In this document: positions 47,536-57,393 of the stretch, one piece after another
Numbering within the stretch: position 1 is the first letter of the stretch
Layout of the letters: every line of letters starts with the position of its first letter
NCBI GenBank assembly: GCA_048571215.1
Contig: CP182352.1
Span: forward strand, 608,001-672,000
Reading direction: 5' to 3'
Source: Halarcobacter sp.
Lineage (GTDB): Bacteria; Campylobacterota; Campylobacteria; Campylobacterales; Arcobacteraceae
DNA: 64,000 nt
Made by a program: the position numbers and the translations under genes
Notes under the pieces: generated by a model
Told to the model about the DNA's origin: nothing
Seen by the model: the letters and a program-made list of their open reading frames with translations, nothing else
The model's database searches: none

Positions 47536-48498
47536 TTGATAATGAATTTTATAATTTTGGGTGCTGGTGGTATAGGTTCTTTTTATGGTGCAAAACTAAT
47601 TGAACACGGACATCATGTCTTATTCGTAGCAAGAGGTGAACACTTAAAAGCCTTACAGCAAAATGGTTTGAAGTTGCAGCACCCAAAATTTAAGTTTAAT
47701 AAAAAAGTTGATGTCACCCAACTTTCTTTTTTAAACTCTGAAATGCTTCTAAAAGTTAATGCTGTAATTATTACTACTAAATCAACTTCAACTGAATATA
47801 TTGCAAAGGAGTTGTCTTCATATTTAGCTTCAAAACAAGAGAGTTTTCCTTTCATTATCTCTTTACAAAATGGGGTCGAAAATGAAGATATCCTTTGCAA
47901 GTATTTCCCAAAAGATAAAGTAATAGGTGGTTTGTGTAGAAAAATTGGGGCACATATAGTAAAGCCTGGAGTTATTGAAGCTACAGGGGATATTGAAACT
48001 ATAATAGGTGCTATGAAACTTACAAATAAAAGTAAAGCATTTTTATTGGATTTTAAAAATATTTTAACAGATGCAAATATATTTTGTGGTATTACTGATA
48101 ATATAAAATTTGAGTTATGGAAGAAATTAATTATTAACAATGGAGTAAATGCTATTTGTGCATTGTTAAGAATTAAAACCGGGAAATTGATGTCCCATAA
48201 TAAGTTATCTAAAATAGTATTGGAACTTATGAAAGAAACAGCTACAGCTGCAAGGGTTCAAGGGGTAAAATTCACAAATGAAGATGTTATTCAAATGTAT
48301 GAACTTATTAAAAACTTTGATTCTATAAAACCTTCAATGTTAGTTGATGTAGAAAACAATAGACCTATTGAATTAGATGAGATATGCACTATAGTTATAA
48401 AAAACTGTGAATCACTTAAGCTAGACGCTCCTTATACTAGAACTATATCAACTTTATTATCTTATACTTATATAGAAAAAAGAGGCTTTAAAAATTAA
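47536..48498 (+). CDS. Ketopantoate reductase family protein
   Basis: GAGGIG, LQNG, WKKL, PSML.D...RPIE. Confidence 0.88.
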   Translation: MIMNFIILGAGGIGSFYGAKLIEHGHHVLFVARGEHLKALQQNGLKLQHPKFKFNKKVDVTQLSFLNSEMLLKVNAVIITTKSTSTEYIAKELSSYLASKQESFPFIISLQNGVENEDILCKYFPKDKVIGGLCRKIGAHIVKPGVIEATGDIETIIGAMKLTNKSKAFLLDFKNILTDANIFCGITDNIKFELWKKLIINNGVNAICALLRIKTGKLMSHNKLSKIVLELMKETATAARVQGVKFTNEDVIQMYELIKNFDSIKPSMLVDVENNRPIELDEICTIVIKNCESLKLDAPYTRTISTLLSYTYIEKRGFKN

Positions 48499-49376
48499 TG
48501 TTATATCAAATCATAAATATACTCTTTCCTGTATTATTAGCAAGTTCAATAGGGTATGTTTATGGAAAATTTCAAAAATTAGATATGGAGATACCAAATA
48601 AAATAAATCTTGATATTTTTATCCCTATTTTGATTTTTTATGCAATTAGTGAAAAACTTCCCTCTATCACAGTTCTTGGATATTTCTCTTTAGGTGCAGT
48701 ACTTGTGGTTTTTGGTTCTGGTATTATTTTGTACCCATTTTTAAAATTTTTAGATATTAACATAAGAGCTTTTTTACCCACAATGATGTTTAATAACTCT
48801 ATAAATTTAGGTTTACCTTTGGCTTTATTTGCCTTTGGTCAAGAGGCTATGGCTATGTTTATAGCCTTATCTTTAGTGCAAGTAATTGGGCAGTTTACGG
48901 TTGCAGTTGTTATGTATGGAGGGAGTTTTAAACTATTTGATTTATTAAAAAATCCTGTAATCATAGCTACGATTATAGCACTTATTTTTAACTATTTTGA
49001 TTTTCATTTACCACAATTAATAATCTCTTCTGTAGATATGTTATCTAAAGTTGCCATACCTTTAATACTTTTTTCCCTTGGGGTTAAATTATCTACTGTT
49101 AAGTTTGCACATTATAAAGTTGGCATTATTGGTGCAATTTTATGTCCATTATCTGGGCTTGCTATGGCATATTTAGCTATAGAGATTTTTGAATATACAG
49201 CTTTACAAAAAGATTTAATAATCCTTTTTGGGGTATTACCACCTGCTGTTTTAAATGCAATCTTAGCGGAAAAATATAATCAAGACTCTTCAATGGTAGC
49301 TTCTGTTGTAGCTATGGGAACACTTTCTAGTATTATTTATATCCCTATCGTTTTATATTTTTTATTACAAAACTAG
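48498..49376 (+). CDS. AEC-family transporter
   Basis: NSINLGLP, IPLILFSLG, PPAV. Confidence 0.85.
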   Translation: MLYQIINILFPVLLASSIGYVYGKFQKLDMEIPNKINLDIFIPILIFYAISEKLPSITVLGYFSLGAVLVVFGSGIILYPFLKFLDINIRAFLPTMMFNNSINLGLPLALFAFGQEAMAMFIALSLVQVIGQFTVAVVMYGGSFKLFDLLKNPVIIATIIALIFNYFDFHLPQLIISSVDMLSKVAIPLILFSLGVKLSTVKFAHYKVGIIGAILCPLSGLAMAYLAIEIFEYTALQKDLIILFGVLPPAVLNAILAEKYNQDSSMVASVVAMGTLSSIIYIPIVLYFLLQN

Positions 49377-49407
49377 TAATAATATTTTTATTTACACTTT
49401 TAATCTA

Positions 49408-49440
49408 TGCGATAAATTTACGAATTATTTTTTGTATTAT
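49408..49440 (+). promoter_or_regulatory. GCGA-box promoter 8 (small ORF)
   Basis: TGCGATAAATTTACGA-N11-TATTAT. Confidence 0.7.
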
Positions 49441-49472
49441 GCTTATAATAAATAACAAATATAGGCATAGTT

Positions 49473-49559
49473 ATGAAAGATTACTTAGGGTTACATTTCT
49501 TAGTTATTAATTTAAGTTTAGTATTCTTTATATTATGTCATTTGTATTTGAAATTTTAA
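49473..49559 (+). CDS. Putative 28-aa single-TM peptide MKDYLGLHFLVINLSLVFFILCHLYLKF
   Basis: Short hydrophobic ORF just downstream of a GCGA-box promoter; weak RBS (TAGGCA). Confidence 0.45.
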   Translation: MKDYLGLHFLVINLSLVFFILCHLYLKF

Positions 49560-49627
49560 AAATAGTTAGTTTAGAAATAATAAACCATGTTCTATAAAAA
49601 AGCATAATTTAGAGAAGATAGTTTTAA

Positions 49628-49659
49628 GTGCCCTTTTATGGAGGAGTATAAAAGAGCAC
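49628..49659. terminator. Hairpin downstream of porin
   Basis: GTGCCCTTTTAT...ATAAAAGAGCAC. Confidence 0.6.
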
Positions 49660-49667
49660 GAGTTATA

Positions 49668-50864
49668 TTAGAATTTATATGTTAAATAAACTCTTGTAGT
49701 GTCTGTATCTTTTGGTATCTTTTCAACCTCTACATGTTCATAGTTTACTTTAAGAAGTAAGTTTTTTGAAACAGGATATATTGCTATAGCACCCATTGCT
49801 GTAACATCACCGATTGGATGAGTTGAAGACATAGATTTACCAGCATACCCAACTGCAGTTGCACCCATAACAGGAACAGCAATAGCACCCACTATTGTAT
49901 CTGTATCTGCTCTAGTTGGAACTCCACCACCATGTACTGGCATTGCAGTAAAAGGAGTATCTGTTGTACCTGAACCTGCACCTACATATACAGGAGCATT
50001 CTTATCTGTACTTGAATTATATGCTAACACATATCCAAGTTTTCCTATCCCTAATGGTCCAGTAGCTTTTAATCCAAAAAGTTTTCCATCTTGTGCATTT
50101 GCAGCTTGAGTTTTATCAGTTGATGATAAGAATTGAGCTGAAAGCATGTGACCATTTAAATTATAGTCTGCTTGTAAATATAAAGCATCTTTATCTGTTG
50201 CAGAAGTTTTTCCACTTTCATCTAAATATTGAGCTTGTAGAGTTAAATTTTCAATAGAAGTATTTTTTGCATAGATTGTATATGCACCATCTTGAAAATC
50301 TTTAAAATCTCCTATATCATTTGATGTAGCATCAACTTTGTTTTGATATTTGTTTACATAACCTGCAACAAGAGTAGTGTTAGGAATATCAGTATTTGTT
50401 AAAACATAAGCTTCAAATGAATCTTTTAATACAGTCTCAGAAGATTTCCCATCAATTGCTGTACTTACAAGTGGTGTATAGATATATTGTCTACCAGCTT
50501 TCAAACTTGTATTAGAGTATTTATATTGAATATAAGATTCTGATAATCTAGCTCCTGATGCATCCAGTGGGTCTATTTGAGGTCCTGCTGTTGGAGCATT
50601 GAAGTCATCAGTTAATACAGTTGAAGCTTGAAAGGTAACTCCTGCTGAAAAACCATAAAAATCTCCAGTAATTACCCCAAGGCTACCACCAACTGCAGTA
50701 ATATCTTCTGATTTTGCTGCACCCAGAAAATTAGAATCAGAGTACTCTGCTTTAATCTCACCTTTAACCTTAAGATTTTGTAATGCATCTGAAAGGTTAT
50801 CTGCTAATAGTGGAGTAGTGATTGCTATAGATGCAATCAAACTTAAGCATGAAATTTTTTTCAT
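49668..50864 (-). CDS. Outer-membrane porin (OprD/Campylobacterota type)
   Basis: Signal peptide, KAGRQYIYTPL, C-terminal RVYLTYKF. Confidence 0.85.
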   Translation of the reverse strand: MKKISCLSLIASIAITTPLLADNLSDALQNLKVKGEIKAEYSDSNFLGAAKSEDITAVGGSLGVITGDFYGFSAGVTFQASTVLTDDFNAPTAGPQIDPLDASGARLSESYIQYKYSNTSLKAGRQYIYTPLVSTAIDGKSSETVLKDSFEAYVLTNTDIPNTTLVAGYVNKYQNKVDATSNDIGDFKDFQDGAYTIYAKNTSIENLTLQAQYLDESGKTSATDKDALYLQADYNLNGHMLSAQFLSSTDKTQAANAQDGKLFGLKATGPLGIGKLGYVLAYNSSTDKNAPVYVGAGSGTTDTPFTAMPVHGGGVPTRADTDTIVGAIAVPVMGATAVGYAGKSMSSTHPIGDVTAMGAIAIYPVSKNLLLKVNYEHVEVEKIPKDTDTTRVYLTYKF

Positions 50865-50970
50865 TTTATTCCCTTATGTTATATTTAGATTTTCAAAACT
50901 AAGATTTTTTCCTTAATATAAAAATTCGCAAAACTATTAAAGAAAATTCTTAGGATGAATTTCAATACTA

Positions 50971-51003
50971 AATATAGTTAAATGAAATCGCACTTTAATC
51001 GCA
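50971..51003 (-). promoter_or_regulatory. GCGA-box promoter 9 (porin)
   Basis: TGCGATTAAAGTGCGA-N11-TATATT. Confidence 0.78.
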
Positions 51004-51139
51004 TTTTTATTATTTTGATTAAAAAATCATTTCAAACTTCAAGATAATAAGAGTTCTAAAGTATGGTAAATAATTATTTTTTAATAATCAAAGTGCTATA
51101 CTTTTAATATTATTTATTCTTTAAAAAAAAGGCACTCTC

Positions 51140-52519
51140 ATGCAAAATGGAATTATATTTTTTTATTTGCTTGCAGTTTTATTTATAGGTTTAAAAGCAG
51201 GACAAAATATAAAAGGGATGAGAGAGTATGCTGTTGCTGGAAAATCTTTTGGAACCTTAGCTATTTTTGCAACCCTATCTGCTTCTTTTATAGGTGGTGG
51301 TTTTTCAATGGGAAATGCTGAAAAAGTGTTTTTAGTTGGTATCTCAAATATTGTAGCCTTGTGGGGATTTAGTTTAAAAGAGATTTTAGTAGCACAATTT
51401 GTAGCACCCAATATGCGACACTATCCACATGCTATCTCTGTTGGGGATATTATGGAACCAGCATATGGAAAAGAAGCAAGAGTATTTAGCGGAATATTTG
51501 GCTTTATTCTTTGCTCAGGAATTCTTGGAGCACAAATTGGAGCTATTGGATATATATTTAATCTTTTTTTAGGTTTGGATAGAACTTTTGGTATTTTAAT
51601 TGGAATGGGGATTGTGATTGCCTATGCAACAGTTGGTGGAATGAAAGCTGTAGTTTGGACTGATATTATGCAGTTTATAGTATTAGCCATTGGTATCCCT
51701 ATAGTATTATATTTTGGTATAAATCATGTGGGTGGTTGGGAAAATATAGTGGCAAAAGTACCACCTTCTCATTTAGAGATACCAACAGATACAATGTCAC
51801 TTATTGCTTTGACTTCATTGTTTTTAACCTTTTTATTAGGTGAAACCTTAGTTCCTCCATATCTTCAAAGGCTTTTAATAGGAAAAGATACAAAAAGAGT
51901 TTCAAGGGGGACTTTACTTAGTGGATTGTTTTCTATACCATTTTTTGCTATGACAGGACTTATTGGTTTAATTGCTTTAGCAATGAATCCCGAATTAGAT
52001 GCAAATCTAGCTATGCCTTATGTTATAAAAGAATCATTACATCCAGTATTACAAGGAATTGTAATAGCTGCTGTAATATCTATAATAATGTCATCGGCAG
52101 ATTCATTTTTAAACTCAGCTGCTATAGCTTTTAGTAATGATATTTTAAAACCTTTGAGAAAAACCTCTTTAGATATAAAAAAAGAGTTAAAAATAGCAAG
52201 ACTTATTACACTACTTGTGGGAGTACTAGCAGTAGTTTTTGCCTTATCAATTGATAGTGTGTTAGATATTTTAATCTATTCATATAATTTTTGGGCTCCT
52301 ACAGTATTAGTTCCTTTATCAGCTGCCTTATTAGGACTAAAAGTAAGTAGGTTGCGTTTTTTAGCTGGTTCTCTTAGTGGAATATTAGGAGTATTAATCT
52401 GGAATATAGTTTTTAATTCACCATATCAAATTGATGGTTTAGTTATTGGTACCTTATGTAATTTTATTATATTTTTTAGTATTGATAAAAAAGGTGCTAT
52501 AAAAAGGGTGAAGTTATAA
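51140..52519 (+). CDS. Sodium:solute symporter family protein
   Basis: YAVAGKS, GGMKAVVWTD, IMSSADS. Confidence 0.9.
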   Translation: MQNGIIFFYLLAVLFIGLKAGQNIKGMREYAVAGKSFGTLAIFATLSASFIGGGFSMGNAEKVFLVGISNIVALWGFSLKEILVAQFVAPNMRHYPHAISVGDIMEPAYGKEARVFSGIFGFILCSGILGAQIGAIGYIFNLFLGLDRTFGILIGMGIVIAYATVGGMKAVVWTDIMQFIVLAIGIPIVLYFGINHVGGWENIVAKVPPSHLEIPTDTMSLIALTSLFLTFLLGETLVPPYLQRLLIGKDTKRVSRGTLLSGLFSIPFFAMTGLIGLIALAMNPELDANLAMPYVIKESLHPVLQGIVIAAVISIIMSSADSFLNSAAIAFSNDILKPLRKTSLDIKKELKIARLITLLVGVLAVVFALSIDSVLDILIYSYNFWAPTVLVPLSAALLGLKVSRLRFLAGSLSGILGVLIWNIVFNSPYQIDGLVIGTLCNFIIFFSIDKKGAIKRVKL

Positions 52520-52552
52520 ATTCACTCTTTTTACAGCTATTAGTAAAGTTAA

Positions 52553-52822
52553 TCAAAAACTATATTTATTGTTCATTTTAGAAATTCTTAAAAGATTTAC
52601 ATACCAATCTTCATCTAAATCTTCTTTATCTAAATCTTTAAGGTTGATTTCTAAACAATAGGTGTCACTTAAATTGAGATCTTCAATTTTTTCTTCAGGA
52701 ATATAGAGGGCTTCAATACAATATAAATATAGCTGTTCTTCACTATCAATATCTTCCATTCCCCAACCATCTTCAAACTCACATAATAAAAAATATCCTT
52801 CTGATTCACTAATTGTTTTCAA
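52553..52822 (-). CDS. Small acidic hypothetical protein
   Basis: 89-aa ORF with AAGGA RBS. Confidence 0.6.
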   Translation of the reverse strand: MKTISESEGYFLLCEFEDGWGMEDIDSEEQLYLYCIEALYIPEEKIEDLNLSDTYCLEINLKDLDKEDLDEDWYVNLLRISKMNNKYSF

Positions 52823-53090
52823 ATACTTTAATCCTTTTTAATCTTAATAATCAATATAATTTTTGATACTATAATTTATTTACTTTGTGAAAACTTAAAA
52901 TTAAACTTTTATAACGGGTTTATAATTTTAGTCTAACACTTAAAAAAAAGAAAATATAGAGGAAAAATCCAAAAAGAAAAAACTTGAATTAGAAATTTCA
53001 AAGATTATCTTAATACCAAATAATCTAAACTACTATCATGACAAGAATATTGTATTTTAAAATATAAGTTGTAGAAAAAATAGTTGAGTT

Positions 53091-53121
53091 AAGTATAAAA
53101 GGTGTTAAACCTTTTATACTT
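53091..53121. terminator. Hairpin terminator of the feo operon
   Basis: AAGTATAAAAGGT-GTTAA-ACCTTTTATACTT. Confidence 0.65.
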
Positions 53122-53154
53122 GAAATTGATAAAATTGATTATTTTATCAATGGA

Positions 53155-53946
53155 TTATTTCATAGGTTTAGCTTCAACCCAAATAACAGCATCTTGACTT
53201 AGTTCTTTACCTTTGTATTCTTTGTCAGAACCAGCTCCTAGTGCGCAAAATCCCCAAAACCCAGCTTTAGGAATTGAGAATGTAAACTCACCATCTTTAT
53301 TTGCTTTGATTCCAATTGTTACAAATGAATCTTGTGGAGCTTTATATTTATTTGGTCCCATTGCATTATTTTTCATATCTGGTGTATTATTTATATATTC
53401 AACTTCTATTTCTGCAAAAGGTACTGGTTTTCCATTTGATTTTACTATACCCGTAAAACTTCCACCTTCCCAAATTGAATATGGTTTTGTTAATGGCACA
53501 ATCTCAGCTTTTAATCCTAATTGCGCATCCCAATCTGTTGGTGTTCCCGCTACATTGATTACTGTTTTTGTAATTTGTTGGATATATATTCCTTCACCTG
53601 CTTCAAAATATGGAACTGGTTTCATAACAAATACATGATCACCCATTCTTCTTGCTTTATATGATGATTCAAAAGCTTTTCCTGAGTTATGTTTACCTTT
53701 CCAAGTGATAGGTTTTAAACTATCTTTTAAATCTTTCTTTTTACCTTTATTAATTACATAAAACTCTTCTACTCCTGCCATATCCATTGTATGTTCATCT
53801 GCAAATGGGTGAGTAAATACATGTTTAAATTCTATTGTTTTACCTTTTTCTAATGCTGTATTTGGTGTATATACCATTTGAAAGTGTGCCAATGCGTCTG
53901 TTGCTAAAACTGTTGCTGCTGCTAATCCTACGATTACCTTTTTCAT
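53155..53946 (-). CDS. DUF4198-family periplasmic metal-uptake protein
   Basis: Signal peptide then AHFQM, FTHPF, EIVPLTKPY, GFWGF. Confidence 0.8.
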   Translation of the reverse strand: MKKVIVGLAAATVLATDALAHFQMVYTPNTALEKGKTIEFKHVFTHPFADEHTMDMAGVEEFYVINKGKKKDLKDSLKPITWKGKHNSGKAFESSYKARRMGDHVFVMKPVPYFEAGEGIYIQQITKTVINVAGTPTDWDAQLGLKAEIVPLTKPYSIWEGGSFTGIVKSNGKPVPFAEIEVEYINNTPDMKNNAMGPNKYKAPQDSFVTIGIKANKDGEFTFSIPKAGFWGFCALGAGSDKEYKGKELSQDAVIWVEAKPMK

Positions 53947-54042
53947 TTATTTTCTCCTATTTTATAATTTATATTTATAACCAAGTGTTAATTTTAGACT
54001 TTTTATAAGATCTAAACTATCACTAACAAATATCTTATTTAC

Positions 54043-54342
54043 TTACTCAGTAATGTCTGAACCTTTTACATGAACTTGATGTCCTTCTCCTGCATCAAAT
54101 ACAGCGGTATAACTATTTGAAGGTTTTTTAAATGTTACTTCACTATCCTCATTCATTTTTGCTTCATAGATACTTTTCCCATCTTGTAAAACATGGAATT
54201 TTACACCACTTGCGCTACTACCATCGGAAAAACCACCTTCGCAAGTGATTGTTCCATCTCCATTATCAAAACAACTCATAATTGCAGTATGAGCAAACAT
54301 CGAACTTGCAACAAATGCAAGACCTAATAAAATTTTTTTCAT
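54043..54342 (-). CDS. Small exported protein of feo operon
   Basis: AHTAIMSC..CEGGFSDGS..FDAGEGH. Confidence 0.75.
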   Translation of the reverse strand: MKKILLGLAFVASSMFAHTAIMSCFDNGDGTITCEGGFSDGSSASGVKFHVLQDGKSIYEAKMNEDSEVTFKKPSNSYTAVFDAGEGHQVHVKGSDITE

Positions 54343-54361
54343 TTTTTCTCCTTTTTTAAGA

Positions 54362-56830
54362 TTAAATTTGTTTATTTATTTTAGGCTTAATTCCACCCTT
54401 CCAATTTACATTTTTCTTTGGAAAAAAACCAACTATTAGTGCTACTGTAAGTACAGAAAAATAAAAGTAAGTCATTGCTTCTAGTCCTGTCCAACTATTA
54501 CTTAAGCCTAAAGTAAAAACTATGGAAGCTAAAGTAATACCCAAAAATACAGGAAAGAAAATAGCAAATATCATCCACTTATAACTATTTGTTTGTAGTT
54601 TCACAACAATCATTGTTGCAATACAAGGTGGAGTTAAAAGCATGAAAATTATAATTGCTGTAGCATGCAAAGGTGTATATCCACTATTTTGTGCTATAGC
54701 TTCTTCTGCTCTCATTGAATCAGCTTTATTATTTTCATATAAAGATCCAAGTGTTGCAACAGCACTTTCTCTTGCTGCAAAAGAACTTAAAAAAGCCACA
54801 TTTATTTTCCAATCAAAGCCTGCATATTGAGTAAGTGGTTCAATTGATCGTCCAGCCATTCCTAACAATGAATTTTCAACTTTTTCATTTTTCATATATC
54901 TTAAAATTCTTTTTCTTTTTTTAGATAGTTTTCTAAGTTCTTTATTTATAATTCTTGCTTCTTTATCTCTTTTAGGTTTTATAAATTTATATAATGAAGC
55001 ATTCATTTGTTTATATTCTTCATCAACAGAAGATGATCCAGACATCTTTTTTGCTTTATATCCATCATAATAATTTAAAAGATTTGAAACTTCATCTTTT
55101 GTATCAACTTCTTCAAAATATTTAGATTTTTTTACTTTTTTATAAAAAACGTCTAATGCTTTTTGTCCATCTGCATTAAATTTAATTTGCTCTTTATCTG
55201 AAAGTCCAGGGAATTGAAGCATTGCAAAAAGTATAATAGCCACAGCTAATACAATTGTTACTACTTTTTTAATATATAACCAAACTCTTTGTGAAGCTCT
55301 AATTATTACTCCTTTAACAGTGGGCATATGATAAGGGGGAAGCTCCATCAAAAATGGGGCTGTTTCCCTTGTTTTTAATATAGTTGTTGTAATTAATTTT
55401 GCTACTATCATCGCAATAAACAAGGTTACTGTTGAAATAAAAAACATCATAATTGCCATATCTGGTTTAAAAAAAGCTCCTAAAAGTAGAGTATAGAATG
55501 GAACCTTTGCTAAGCAGTTCATATATGGAACTGAAAAAATAGTTGCCATTCTTGCTCTATCATCTGCAATACCTTTCGTAGCCATTACTCCTGGAACTGC
55601 ACATCCTCCAACAATTGCACCACCTAAAACAAGAGGTAAAGTTGATTGACCGTGTAATCCAAACTTTTTAAAAACTCTATCTAAAATAAAAGCCATTCTA
55701 GGCATATAGCCCACATCTTCCATAATTGCGATTAATGAAAATAAAATAAAGAAGATTGGAATATAATTCATTAAAGCATTTGCACTATTTACCATCCAAA
55801 CACCAAAGTCGGTTATCATAGGAACATCTATAAAGTTTGCAGCAGGCAAAATATCAATAACAAAATTTTTAAATGCAGCTAAAATTGGCCAAGTATAATC
55901 TGTGAGTTTATACCCCCATACAATAGAGATTTCATATACCATAAACATAAAAAATATTAAAATAGGAATAGCTAAAAATCTATTTAAGATGATTTTATCT
56001 ACTTTGTCTGTTAAGGTTAATTCATTTTTGTGCTTTTCTTTGATAGCTTTGTGATAAATTATATCTGCTGATTCGTATCTAATAGAAGCAAGGAAAGAGA
56101 TTGTATCTTTATCATATTTTTCATGAAATAAATCTTCTTGAATTTTAGAAAACTTTTCAATATCTGAAAACTCTTCTTTTAAGCGATTTATTATTGTATG
56201 ATCTCCTTCTAAAGTTTTTATTGCAAGCCATCTTTTACTTTGACTTAAAGTTGCAGTAGATATTTTCTCTTCAATATACGCTATATGGGGTTCTAGTTCT
56301 TCATAATTTATTTTAAATTCTTCATAGTGATGCTTCTTTGAAGCTGCATCAACTATGGTTTTCATTATTTCTTTTCCCCCAATACCTTTTGCTCCACTAG
56401 CCTCAACTACAGGGCAGTTTAATAGTTTTGATATCTCTTGTGAATCTATTGTAATATCTCTTCTTTTTGCAACATCCATCATATTTAAGATCACAACAAC
56501 AGGGATACCTATTTCTAGGAGTTGAAAAGTTAAGTATAGATTTCTTTTTATATTTGAAGCATCAATTATATTTACTATTAAATCTGGATTTTCATCAATT
56601 ATAAAGTCTTTTGCAACTCTTTCTTCTAAAGAATATGAACTGAAAGAATAGGTTCCAGGCAAATCTACCATTTCAATTTTCTTCTTTTCATAGGTGAAGA
56701 ATCCTGTTTTTTTATCTACAGTTACACCTGGATAATTTGCAATATGTTGTTCTATTCCACTTACAAGATTAAAAATTGTGGATTTACCACAATTTGGTTG
56801 TCCTGCAAGTGCTACTTTTATTTTCTTCAT
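54362..56830 (-). CDS. feoB: Ferrous iron transporter FeoB (long form)
   Basis: GQPNCGKS, NYPGVTV, DLPGTYS, NMMD, MELPPY, PPCIAT. Confidence 0.95.
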   Translation of the reverse strand: MKKIKVALAGQPNCGKSTIFNLVSGIEQHIANYPGVTVDKKTGFFTYEKKKIEMVDLPGTYSFSSYSLEERVAKDFIIDENPDLIVNIIDASNIKRNLYLTFQLLEIGIPVVVILNMMDVAKRRDITIDSQEISKLLNCPVVEASGAKGIGGKEIMKTIVDAASKKHHYEEFKINYEELEPHIAYIEEKISTATLSQSKRWLAIKTLEGDHTIINRLKEEFSDIEKFSKIQEDLFHEKYDKDTISFLASIRYESADIIYHKAIKEKHKNELTLTDKVDKIILNRFLAIPILIFFMFMVYEISIVWGYKLTDYTWPILAAFKNFVIDILPAANFIDVPMITDFGVWMVNSANALMNYIPIFFILFSLIAIMEDVGYMPRMAFILDRVFKKFGLHGQSTLPLVLGGAIVGGCAVPGVMATKGIADDRARMATIFSVPYMNCLAKVPFYTLLLGAFFKPDMAIMMFFISTVTLFIAMIVAKLITTTILKTRETAPFLMELPPYHMPTVKGVIIRASQRVWLYIKKVVTIVLAVAIILFAMLQFPGLSDKEQIKFNADGQKALDVFYKKVKKSKYFEEVDTKDEVSNLLNYYDGYKAKKMSGSSSVDEEYKQMNASLYKFIKPKRDKEARIINKELRKLSKKRKRILRYMKNEKVENSLLGMAGRSIEPLTQYAGFDWKINVAFLSSFAARESAVATLGSLYENNKADSMRAEEAIAQNSGYTPLHATAIIIFMLLTPPCIATMIVVKLQTNSYKWMIFAIFFPVFLGITLASIVFTLGLSNSWTGLEAMTYFYFSVLTVALIVGFFPKKNVNWKGGIKPKINKQI

Positions 56831-56832
56831 TT

Positions 56833-57069
56833 TTATTCCTCTACTTCAATAAGCTCAGCTTCACTTTTTCTAACTGTTAAATGGTAGTTATGAAGTCTAA
56901 GTTCCATTGGATCAAAAAGTGGAGCTTCTCTAATAACTTCAATTTCTACATTATTTACAAAGCCCATATCAAGAAGTTTATGTAATAATTTTCCTTTTGC
57001 ATGTAGTTTTTTAACCTTTGCCATACACCCTTTTTCTAAAACAGCTAAAGTTTTTGTTTTAATATTCAT
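56833..57069 (-). CDS. feoA: FeoA
   Basis: KLLDMGF..APLFDP..RKSEA. Confidence 0.92.
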   Translation of the reverse strand: MNIKTKTLAVLEKGCMAKVKKLHAKGKLLHKLLDMGFVNNVEIEVIREAPLFDPMELRLHNYHLTVRKSEAELIEVEE

Positions 57070-57105
57070 AATTATCCTTTGTTTAAAATATCTTTATTTA
57101 TTTTT

Positions 57106-57213
57106 TTAATTTTTTATTAAAAACTGCTGCGTAGTATTTAAGTTTAAATTTTTATAAATAATTTTTAAGCTACAAGAGTAAGATAAGTCTTTTATCTCAA
57201 TAATATTTTTCAT
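57106..57213 (-). pseudogene. Possible remnant of an ABC ATPase N-terminus
   Basis: MKNIIEIKDLSYSCSLKIIYKNLNL then stop after 35 aa. Confidence 0.4.
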
Positions 57214-57339
57214 CTAATTCTTATCTTTTTTAGTTTGACAATTATTACTGCCACAATTGCAACCTCTATTCTTAAATATAGTTTTATAAATATAATATAA
57301 TGCAAAAATTGCAATTATTATTAAAAAAAAATCTTCCAT
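57214..57339 (-). CDS. FeoB-associated Cys-rich membrane peptide (41 aa)
   Basis: MEDFFLIIIAIFALYYIYKTIFKNRGCNCGSNNCQTKKDKN, AAGG RBS. Confidence 0.8.
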   Translation of the reverse strand: MEDFFLIIIAIFALYYIYKTIFKNRGCNCGSNNCQTKKDKN

Positions 57340-57378
57340 ATTGAACCTTATATAAGTTTTTATTATCATTAATTATTA

Positions 57379-57393
57379 TGATAATCGATATCA
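57379..57393. promoter_or_regulatory. Fur box upstream of feo operon
   Basis: TGATAAT-C-GATATCA. Confidence 0.75.

Noticed and set aside
50921..50935. Additional GCGA box near the porin
   Set aside because: Single half-site with no partner at 11-bp spacing
14800..51100. Phenol region as a recent mobile genomic island
   Set aside because: No integrase, tRNA or flanking direct repeats seen; composition matches the flanks
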